From an uncultured Candidatus Saccharibacteria bacterium (lineage in GTDB: Bacteria; Patescibacteriota; Minisyncoccia; Phycocordibacterales; CAZKGX01): DNA of 24,180 nucleotides. The stretch lies in the NCBI GenBank assembly GCA_964552645.1, contig CAZKGX010000001.1, positions 1,011-25,190 on the forward strand. The letters are read 5' to 3'. The translations under genes were made by a program, and so were the position numbers. The notes below the pieces were generated by a model that searched no databases, had not been told where the DNA came from, and worked only from the letters and a program-made list of their open reading frames with translations. This document shows positions 6,955-14,287 of the stretch, one piece after another (position 1 is the first letter of the stretch; each line of letters begins with the position of its first letter).

Positions 6955-7810
6955 TCCCTTCATCGAGGGCTTTCATGAGGGCAGCTACTGATAAGGCGCT
7001 ATTTGCAGAAAGTGTAAGGCCGGTTGTCTTGAGGGCCAGTGCCTGGGCCGCTTCGATTTCAGCATTGTTGATAATCCAGCACGATCCACCAGAATGGCCG
7101 ACGGCATCGGCTACAGCCTTGCGTCGATGGCCAACTCTATCGACAATGGCGCGAGCAACGGACTCTTCTTTGTGTGTATGTAAAAGGCTGACGCACGACT
7201 CGGGATGATAGGTAGTGCCCCAATATTCGGCGATAGGGTGGCAGGATGTGGTCTGGGCTATATTGAGCTCAACCTTTGGAAGGTGCGCAGCAAGGGCTTG
7301 TGCCGTAGTGCCTGAAGAGGCTGCGATAAAAATAGCCTGGAGATTCGGTATAGCCTTCAATTCCTCAGCAAGCGCAGCGTATCCTTCAAGGGCAAGGTCG
7401 TCAGTGGATTGGCGTAGCGGTGTGCAGCCATGTTCTTTTACGTAGTGCGCCATGGCTTGGAGGGGGCGCTCAACTTTTTCCACTGTTATGTGTGGGTCCT
7501 GTATTTCATTTAAAAAAGAAGCCTTGCTCTGATCGATATGATTGCCAATAAAAATCTTCAAAGAAAAAGGTGTGTCTGGCTGCGTCTGTGTATTGAGAAG
7601 GGTAATGTGAAGCGCTGCGGCAAGGGCGGCATTTCCCGAGCTTGCTATGCAAAACGCACGCTTGCCTTGGGCGGCATAGGTATCGATCATATGCGGCAAT
7701 GAGCGACCTTTATGTGATCCATAGGGATGCAGGTCTTCACGCTTAAAGAACACAGCAGGCACGGCAAGCGCAGCGGCAAGGGAGGGGAAAAACTGATGCG
7801 GCGTAATCAT
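6911..7810 (-). CDS. PLP-dependent fold-type II enzyme (threonine synthase/cysteine synthase superfamily)
   Basis: FFKREDLHPYGSHKGR (PLP lysine), ASSGNAALAAA, AASSGTT phosphate loop, SANSALSVAAL, VVCLICGR end. Confidence 0.88.
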   Translation of the reverse strand: MITPHQFFPSLAAALAVPAVFFKREDLHPYGSHKGRSLPHMIDTYAAQGKRAFCIASSGNAALAAALHITLLNTQTQPDTPFSLKIFIGNHIDQSKASFLNEIQDPHITVEKVERPLQAMAHYVKEHGCTPLRQSTDDLALEGYAALAEELKAIPNLQAIFIAASSGTTAQALAAHLPKVELNIAQTTSCHPIAEYWGTTYHPESCVSLLHTHKEESVARAIVDRVGHRRKAVADAVGHSGGSCWIINNAEIEAAQALALKTTGLTLSANSALSVAALMKALDEGTIFEGSVVCLICGR

Positions 7811-7849
7811 ACTCTTGTATCCTACAACGTTTCGGGTATCATAGGAAGC
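7811..7849. promoter_or_regulatory. 39-bp divergent promoter region
   Basis: TATCAT (+, 7837-7842) is 7 nt before ATG 7850. TAGGAT (- strand) is 8 nt before ATG 7810. Confidence 0.45.
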
Positions 7850-8029
7850 ATGTCAAATACACATACCTGCACCTGTCCTGAGTGCAAAAACGATATTGAT
7901 TTGTCCCGCTATCCAGACCTTGCTGTTGGCCATATTATTGAATGCAACGTATGCGGCATTACCCTTGAGATAAAAGAGAAGCCTGAAAACGGCCCTCTCA
8001 CTACAGAGATCGTCGATGAAGGGAAATAG
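7850..8029 (+). CDS. LysW-like Zn-ribbon small protein (59 aa)
   Basis: CPECKNDI..L.VGHIIECNVCGITLEI matches the LysW pattern (CPEC..GE.v.C..CG..LEV), but the C-terminus is EIVDEGK, not EDWGE. Confidence 0.8.
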   Translation: MSNTHTCTCPECKNDIDLSRYPDLAVGHIIECNVCGITLEIKEKPENGPLTTEIVDEGK

Positions 8030-8032
8030 CTC

Positions 8033-8078
8033 TAGAAAAGTAAAAAGTAAAAAGTAAAAGGTAAAAAGTACGAGAGGG
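8033..8078 (+). repeat. heptamer tandem repeat, copy C
   Basis: TAGAAAA GTAAAAA GTAAAAA GTAAAAG GTAAAAA GTA CGAGAGGG, between two convergent stop codons. Confidence 0.8.
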
Positions 8079-8095
8079 CCCAAATAAGCAGAGCT

Positions 8096-9655
8096 TTAGC
8101 GCTGCAATTTTTTGACGGCCTCTTCAATCATGCCACGGAAGCCGTGTGAGCCGAGGAAGACAATTGCTATGCGCGGTGTTTCGGTACCTCCTTTTGCTGC
8201 TGCCTGCGCTTGGGCGTACTCAATTGCTTTTGCCACCAAGGCCTCATCATCTTCTATGTATGATGTATGGGTATGCGTGCGCGCTATGGTCGCGCAAAGC
8301 TCCGGGCCCTCTATAGGCTGATCCTCAGGCTTTGCATCAAAGTCGATTTTCAATTTAGTGAGGCGGGGAATAAAGACGTGCGCGGCATTTTTGAAGGCAT
8401 GATCGTATTTGTCGGCCGTACTCTTTTGACGTCCGCCAATATTGGGTTCAAAGATGGCAATTAAGCCGTCAGTATAAACTTCACTTAAACTCTCAAGGCA
8501 AGCCGCGGCTTTGTCGGGGGTAGGGGCATGCGCATCAATGACAGAAATGCCACCGCCGCCATGCTGCATACCATCAAGGCGTCGCTCGAGACGTCGTTTA
8601 ATACCTTGGAAGCGCGCTATAGCAGATACGATACTTTCGGCTGCCACGCCAATGCTATGTGCCATGGCAAAACAGCCAGCGATGTTTTCAACATTGTAAC
8701 GGCCAAGCATCGGGCTCTCTATGGTGTATTTTTTGCCACCATGCACGATGTCGAAGCTAGTGCCCTTAGTGGTGTGATGCACATTTTCATACCGATAAGC
8801 AGCATGAGAATCCTTGCCGTATGTGATGGGGCGGATATGCTCACTCTCAAGTAATTCCATGAGAGCCTCATCATCAATGCATGCGACGATGGTGCGATTG
8901 CTCTGTGGGGCAAGTGTTGGATGTGTTTCTGCTAAGGCCTTTGCATTTGCAGCCGTCATGCGCACCAGTTTGCGGAAGGCCTCCATATAGTCCTCTAATG
9001 TCGGGTACAGATCAGCATGGTCCCATGCAAGGCCAGTCATGAGCAGGTGGGTAGGGGCATAGTAAAAAAACTTTGCATTCGGATCGTCGGTGCCGCTCTT
9101 GTATTCATCGCCCTCAAGGACGCTGACAGTGCCTTTGCCAATCAAGGCAGAGAGATCGTGTGAGAGGGAGACGCCTCCAAACATATAGCTTGGATCATAG
9201 CCTGCCTCAAGAAGTATAAATGAAAGGATGGCGCTGGTTGTGGTTTTTCCCCATGTGCCAACGCAGACGATGGATTGTGGCTGTATAAAATAGGCATGCA
9301 GTACCTCAGTGTACGAAACAATAGTGAGGTTGTGCTCGCGCGCATATGCTGTCTCTGGGTTGTGGCTCCCTGAAGCAGTGGCAACGATGACCAGATCCGG
9401 CACGCCATGAGCGACCATTTTTTCAGGGTGCCATCCGGCATAGAAGGGCACGCCAATGCGCTCAAGCTGGGTGGAAACAGGTGGATAAAAGCCTTTATCG
9501 CTTCCTGTAACCTTCACCCCCGCTCTGTGGAGAGCGCAGGCAAGGGCACTTGAAAGCACGCCGCATACACCAATAATATGCACATGCCCAGGCAGGGCAC
9601 GTGGCAATGGCGGCTGCTTTCTATCGCTTTCGTTTTGTGGATTGTGATTAGGCAT
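8096..9655 (-). CDS. Mpl/MurC-like Mur ligase (519 aa)
   Basis: HVHIIGVCG..VTGSDKGFYPPVSTQL (Mpl-like N-terminus), GTWGKTTT P-loop, EGDEY, DHADLY, GRYNVEN, IKRRLE. ATG 9655 overlaps the upstream stop. Confidence 0.88.
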   Translation of the reverse strand: MPNHNPQNESDRKQPPLPRALPGHVHIIGVCGVLSSALACALHRAGVKVTGSDKGFYPPVSTQLERIGVPFYAGWHPEKMVAHGVPDLVIVATASGSHNPETAYAREHNLTIVSYTEVLHAYFIQPQSIVCVGTWGKTTTSAILSFILLEAGYDPSYMFGGVSLSHDLSALIGKGTVSVLEGDEYKSGTDDPNAKFFYYAPTHLLMTGLAWDHADLYPTLEDYMEAFRKLVRMTAANAKALAETHPTLAPQSNRTIVACIDDEALMELLESEHIRPITYGKDSHAAYRYENVHHTTKGTSFDIVHGGKKYTIESPMLGRYNVENIAGCFAMAHSIGVAAESIVSAIARFQGIKRRLERRLDGMQHGGGGISVIDAHAPTPDKAAACLESLSEVYTDGLIAIFEPNIGGRQKSTADKYDHAFKNAAHVFIPRLTKLKIDFDAKPEDQPIEGPELCATIARTHTHTSYIEDDEALVAKAIEYAQAQAAAKGGTETPRIAIVFLGSHGFRGMIEEAVKKLQR

Positions 9656-10460
9656 CGGGAGAAGAGGTCGAAATGGCAGCTGTTTGCTGATCGTGCGCAT
9701 CAATACCCATATCATCTTCTTTTTCTTGGCCAGGCACTTGCGGCAATTCGGCCAGGATTTTCTTCAGGGCCGCCATATCAGTCTGCCAGCGTTCGCCATC
9801 AAACCATTCCGCCCCGGCGAATTGCAACTTATACGTATCGCTCGGGCGCTGCAATGATCCAAGGTATATAAACTCATGCCCGCTTCCTTTTGCCCACTCC
9901 ACGGCCTGCGTCATCATGGAAAGGCCAAGGCTTGGTAATTCACGCTCTGCAAATCGGCGATTATAAAACGGATAGCTATAGTGAAAGATGCGCTGCGTTC
10001 GCAAGCCAATGCAATAGCCGATCGCTTGCTGATTCGATTCAATGACGCTGCGATAAATAAGAAGGGTATTAAAGTCGGTCGAGCCGAGCACACTCATGAT
10101 CTCCCGCACTTTATTTGCACTAAAGGTATCGGCGCCAAATTTCTCGGTATAAAACTCTTTGGCCATTTTGTGTATGGTCCAATGGTAGCGCTCATAGGGG
10201 AGGCCGGTGGTTTCAAAGGCTACGCCGCGCTCGGTGGCTTTGCGCATAATGCGGCGATTTTCGCTTGAAGGCGCATATTCAGAAAGGCGAATGCGAAGGC
10301 TACGTGTTTTATTAAAAATACCTTTCCCGACGCGAGTGGCAACGTACCCTTCATCGTAGAGGCGTTCAATGGTGCTGGCGGGAAGTGGAGTCTCTGGTGG
10401 TAGACCAGGCGGCACGTCGATTTTTTTAGTGTCCCAATTCAAATAATGATTTGAAGCCAT
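9648..10460 (-). CDS. Bpt/ATE-like aminoacyl-tRNA-dependent transferase (GNAT-like, 270 aa)
   Basis: RSLRI..Y.PSSENRRIMRK, YPFYN..SLG..M...V.WAK..G..FIYLG...YKLQF...EWF, resembling Bpt/ATE C-domain motifs. Start at MASNH (10460) is inferred. Confidence 0.72.
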   Translation of the reverse strand: MASNHYLNWDTKKIDVPPGLPPETPLPASTIERLYDEGYVATRVGKGIFNKTRSLRIRLSEYAPSSENRRIMRKATERGVAFETTGLPYERYHWTIHKMAKEFYTEKFGADTFSANKVREIMSVLGSTDFNTLLIYRSVIESNQQAIGYCIGLRTQRIFHYSYPFYNRRFAERELPSLGLSMMTQAVEWAKGSGHEFIYLGSLQRPSDTYKLQFAGAEWFDGERWQTDMAALKKILAELPQVPGQEKEDDMGIDAHDQQTAAISTSSPDA

Positions 10461-10540
10461 TGTGGTGTCTGTAGTGCTCTTTAGTATATAGCAGGTTGGG
10501 CAAATTGGCATTAAAAAAGAGAAGGAAAAGAAAAGAGGGG

Positions 10541-10677
10541 AAAAGAAAAGAGCGCCACTGAGAGCGCTCGTGTCCTCATGTGCGAGGACGGGGAAGGAGG
10601 GGGAACACGACATTCCACTTGTGTAGGGGAGAATGGTGGCCCAACCCCTGTCCCGAAGAGAGCTGTTCTCAGTGGCT
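10541..10677 (-). ncRNA. candidate structured ncRNA (about 125-137 nt)
   Basis: 10-bp closing stem GCCACTGAGA/TCTCAGTGGC (10554-10563 with 10667-10676), internal helices, promoter placing +1 at about 10677, and a U-rich tail. Confidence 0.7.
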
Positions 10678-10683
10678 AGGTGT

Positions 10684-10692
10684 ATTATACCA
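10684..10692 (-). promoter_or_regulatory. consensus extended -10 promoter
   Basis: TGGTATAAT on the - strand, 7 nt before the start of the ncRNA stem. Confidence 0.75.
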
Positions 10693-10798
10693 CAGAAAGA
10701 CTTAAAAAACAACCGGTCCTTCCCTTGGGGAAAGTGTAGAAAACAAGAGGAAAAAGAGGGGAGACAGAAAGGGGGAAACGGAAGAGGAGCAGGGTGGC

Positions 10799-11998
10799 TT
10801 AATGAAGGGCAATCCAAATACCCAAAATAACCCCCGCCAAATGCAGTATCCAGAAGCGCATGACGGTCTTTTCCTCACTCCAACCCTTAAGCTCGAAGTG
10901 ATGATGAATAGGGGCCATTTTGAAAATGCGACGACCGGTCAAATAGCGGCCTGCTATTTGTATGAGCACTGAGCCGGCTTCAACGAAGAACATGCAGCCA
11001 AGCAAAGGCAGCACTACCATGAGGTTGAGGGCGAGCGTATTGATAGCAAGAAGGGCGCCCATGGCAAGTGATCCCACATCGCCCATCTGGAAACGAGCGG
11101 GCTTTATATTGAAATACGTATAGGTGATCAAGGCACCCACAGCGGTGGCATTCAAAATTGCCATAGCAGGGAAGCCGGCAATCCATGAGAGAAGGGTGAG
11201 GGCGCTAAATGTCGGTATAAGCATGCCTCCGGTTAAGCCGTCCATACCATCGGCAATATTTACTGCATTGGCGGTAAACATCACCACAATAATAATGAGC
11301 GGAATAATGAGCCAGTCTATATTGAGGGGGCCGTGGAAGGGGACATAAAGCTCGCGCCACTGCGCTCCCAATTTAAAATAAATCCACCATGCGGTGAGCG
11401 CTCCAGCAGCAAATTGCAATATAAGTTTCTCATGCACATGTACGCCTTTGCCTGGATGCTTTGAAAGCATAGTAGCGGCGCGGCGGAATAGCGCCCAAGG
11501 CAAGGTTACTATGTACCACAGGCGCATATACCACACTTTGTGTACGCGAATGAGGGTAAGAATCTGTGATACTTTGCGCGAGCGGCGTTCTTTGCCAAAA
11601 ATATTGAGCACATCGTCCACGCCACCAAGGGTAGCTGCTATGAGCATGACGCCAATCGGCACCCATGTGAATTGACGCTCCCAATTAAAAAAGACCGTAA
11701 TGAGCGCAATAGTAATAACAATCAGCAGGCCTCCCATAACCGGAGTGCCAGCTTTCGTGCGGCGCCCTTCAATGCCAAGTGACACATCGCGATTATCAGA
11801 GCGGACGAGGCGGTATTTATAAAGGAAGCGCGTCAAAAGCGGCGCCCACATAAAAGCGACGATGCATGCAAAAAGGGCAAAAGCCAGACTTTCGGCAAAA
11901 TTAGCAGTAAAACCCTGCGTCGAAAAAAGGTGAGAACTGAAGGTTGGGGGGAAGGAAACGGAGATATTTGTTATGGTCTCAGTAATGGGTGACATCAA
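10799..11998 (-). CDS. mraY: phospho-N-acetylmuramoyl-pentapeptide transferase with long loop insertion
   Basis: GTPVMGG, GGVDD, NAVNIADGMDGL, FNIKPARFQMGDVGS and FKMAPIHHHFELKGWSE motifs; about 10 TM helices. Confidence 0.93.
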   Translation of the reverse strand: MMSPITETITNISVSFPPTFSSHLFSTQGFTANFAESLAFALFACIVAFMWAPLLTRFLYKYRLVRSDNRDVSLGIEGRRTKAGTPVMGGLLIVITIALITVFFNWERQFTWVPIGVMLIAATLGGVDDVLNIFGKERRSRKVSQILTLIRVHKVWYMRLWYIVTLPWALFRRAATMLSKHPGKGVHVHEKLILQFAAGALTAWWIYFKLGAQWRELYVPFHGPLNIDWLIIPLIIIVVMFTANAVNIADGMDGLTGGMLIPTFSALTLLSWIAGFPAMAILNATAVGALITYTYFNIKPARFQMGDVGSLAMGALLAINTLALNLMVVLPLLGCMFFVEAGSVLIQIAGRYLTGRRIFKMAPIHHHFELKGWSEEKTVMRFWILHLAGVILGIWIALH

Positions 11999-12034
11999 GG
12001 CTACTGTAGCAGAAATGGGCCAAAAAATGAAGGA

Positions 12035-14263
12035 TTATTTGCGTAATCGCTGCAGCTTCACAAAGCTCTTTCCTATGTATTCGCTGAGCTGTTTGCTTGG
12101 GGCGAGCGTGCTCTCATCTCCATCAATAGGGCACTCTTTCCAATTATTTTTTGGATCGTCGATGGTGGTTGCTTCTGGTGCAATGGTAACTTCGCCAAGC
12201 CGCACGCCATGCTCATACATACCGTCACTTGGCCATGCAATACTGTGGGCAAATGAAATGCGTCCCGGTGCCACTTTATAAACAAAGAGAATATGATCGC
12301 GCGCTAAGCCGGGAATGCGCGGCATGGCATCATTATGCATCATGGTAATAACATCGCCGGGACGTACTGCTCGTAGCGGTATCTCAATACTATTGTCTTT
12401 CGAAGCGAGGACGGCTACGCTCGCATTTTCGACTGCACGAAAACGGGTAATAAGGCGGCGCAGGAGCGAGACGCCATTCCATGAGAGCCAACCGGTCCCA
12501 CCGCCAAGGGGGCCGCGGCCGCGGGCACGTGATTCGGTGTCGAGAAGATGATAGACAAAGCCCGAACAATCAATGCCAATATTGTGGTCTACAAGGAAGG
12601 TGCGCGCTTCGGCTTTTGACCAGAGGGTATAGGGGCGGCGTTCGCGAATGGCGGCCAATTCTGCCTCTTCAAGAATTTCTGTGGCCGTTCCTTTTCCAAT
12701 CCATGCACGCAGACCCGCACGCATGCCGCTGCGGCGATTGTTGTAGTACGGCACAGCGATTTTCGATGTACCAAAGGGGAGGGCAAGATAGTTCTGCAAT
12801 GCCACTTCTGTGTCGCGCATAAGGCAATGCTGCTCAAGAGCGCTTTTTACCAGTCCGGCAATTGTATTGCCCAATGAACTGAGCTGCACCTTGTGATCCT
12901 CGATCTGTATTTTTTTAATAACACTTTCACCATATTGCATGCGAATGAAGTCGCTATTCTCGGCGGTATTGTGTTCGTAGACGACAAATCCAAGCGGTCG
13001 TATACGTGCGCGTTCAAGACTTTCACCAATGGCTACGGCCATAGATGCGCGCAGCATTGTATTGGCGCCGGCATAGTTTGATGGCATGCGTACGATGATC
13101 TGGCTGCCGCAGGAAAGAGTCTCGACTTCTGGGAGTATGGCCTGTATATCTTGCAGTTGACGGAGGTGCGTATCAAAAATAGTAGCTGAGGCAATGGCAC
13201 TACCTTTCTGCGTCATAGCCGCTCCATGCGCAGGTGAAAGAGCGCAACGCTTTTTTTCCTGCAGCTTTGATTCAAATGAAACAGAGGCGGGCTGGCGGGC
13301 ATTTATTTCAATGAGATAGATGCGGGCGCGCTTGTCTTTTGTATGATCGCTCTGTGCACCGTGATTGCTGTGTGCGCCATCGGCACTTTTTCCTATCATG
13401 AAGTCAATGCCAAAGAGGCCTTTCCATCCAGCATGATGCATACGCGCAGCGACTGTATCGATGAGTCGCAATGCTTCATCGTGCAGATCGGGGTGTTTCT
13501 TGAAAAATGCATGAGCAGCACCCCAATCATTTCCAATAGTGCTCCATGCATGTGAAGTAAAAGGTGCCCGCCCGGTAATCTGATAGCTTATCCCTGCGCA
13601 GAGAGCGTGACCGTCTTTTGTGGCAACGATATTGGCAGTAAAGGTGTGCCCTTCAATGTATTCAACAATGCGCGCCTCGCGAGCGGGGAATTGTGTCTTG
13701 AGCTGTTCGAACTCGGTTTTGTTTTGTATGAGGAGCGTGCCGTCGCCGGTATGGCCATGTGCCCATTGCAGTATAAAAGGAGCTTGCCATGTGGCGGGCA
13801 GAGCGGCCAGCTGCCCTGTCCAATGGAGAGGGAGGTAATGCGTCAAATTATTTTTCGCAAACCACGCCGACTGCTTTACTTTATTTTCAATTTCTTCAGC
13901 AAGGAGAGATGATGGATTGAGGAGATTGAGATTGTGTTCGCGACAAAGACTTTCGATTTTACTGGTGGACTTAAATACGACAAGGTCAGCATTGCGCGCA
14001 CGTATCCAGGCGAGGGCATGAGGGTCGGACAGGAGCTCGTAAGTATCGCGCATATCGTGCTGTCCTTCCGGCGCCTCAACAATGAAGACGTCATTGGGAT
14101 AGCGCTCTGCTATAGAGCGGGCATACGTATCATCGCTTGTCACAATGCCGTAATCGGCGCTCGGCATACGCCCAAGTGCGCGCTCAATTTCGCGCGCCAC
14201 GTAGACAAGGCCACGACTATCGAAATCGCCCCCTGCAAGGCCTTTTTTCTTGCTTCCTTCCAT
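12035..14263 (-). CDS. ATP-grasp ligase fused to a C-terminal NlpC/P60-like cysteine peptidase domain (742 aa)
   Basis: ENK, PFILQ..HGHTGDG, EYIEG, GLFGIDFM and YLIEINARQ (ATP-grasp). GIDCSGFVYHLL..DHI..FAHS (NlpC/P60). Start MEGSKK at 14263 follows TATAAT. Confidence 0.82.
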   Translation of the reverse strand: MEGSKKKGLAGGDFDSRGLVYVAREIERALGRMPSADYGIVTSDDTYARSIAERYPNDVFIVEAPEGQHDMRDTYELLSDPHALAWIRARNADLVVFKSTSKIESLCREHNLNLLNPSSLLAEEIENKVKQSAWFAKNNLTHYLPLHWTGQLAALPATWQAPFILQWAHGHTGDGTLLIQNKTEFEQLKTQFPAREARIVEYIEGHTFTANIVATKDGHALCAGISYQITGRAPFTSHAWSTIGNDWGAAHAFFKKHPDLHDEALRLIDTVAARMHHAGWKGLFGIDFMIGKSADGAHSNHGAQSDHTKDKRARIYLIEINARQPASVSFESKLQEKKRCALSPAHGAAMTQKGSAIASATIFDTHLRQLQDIQAILPEVETLSCGSQIIVRMPSNYAGANTMLRASMAVAIGESLERARIRPLGFVVYEHNTAENSDFIRMQYGESVIKKIQIEDHKVQLSSLGNTIAGLVKSALEQHCLMRDTEVALQNYLALPFGTSKIAVPYYNNRRSGMRAGLRAWIGKGTATEILEEAELAAIRERRPYTLWSKAEARTFLVDHNIGIDCSGFVYHLLDTESRARGRGPLGGGTGWLSWNGVSLLRRLITRFRAVENASVAVLASKDNSIEIPLRAVRPGDVITMMHNDAMPRIPGLARDHILFVYKVAPGRISFAHSIAWPSDGMYEHGVRLGEVTIAPEATTIDDPKNNWKECPIDGDESTLAPSKQLSEYIGKSFVKLQRLRK

Positions 14264-14273
14264 AATTAGAGGC

Positions 14274-14279
14274 ATTATA
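14274..14279 (-). promoter_or_regulatory. -10 box for the ATP-grasp::NlpC gene
   Basis: TATAAT on the - strand, 10 nt before ATG 14263. Confidence 0.5.
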
Positions 14280-14287
14280 GCGCATAT

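Noticed and set aside
3339-8078. CRISPR array
   Set aside because: The repeats are 7-bp tandem units with no spacers, and no cas genes are seen.
10554-10600. Cobalamin-riboswitch-like words GCCACTG and GGGAAGG on the + strand
   Set aside because: The rest of the B12-box core is absent, the promoter points to the - strand, and there is no B12-related gene downstream on +.
10554-10676. 5S rRNA (similar length and closing helix) or a MITE with 10-bp TIRs
   Set aside because: Lacks the conserved 5S CCCAU.CCGAAC and loop E motifs and has no adjacent 23S. No target-site duplication, and the promoter sits exactly at the stem start.
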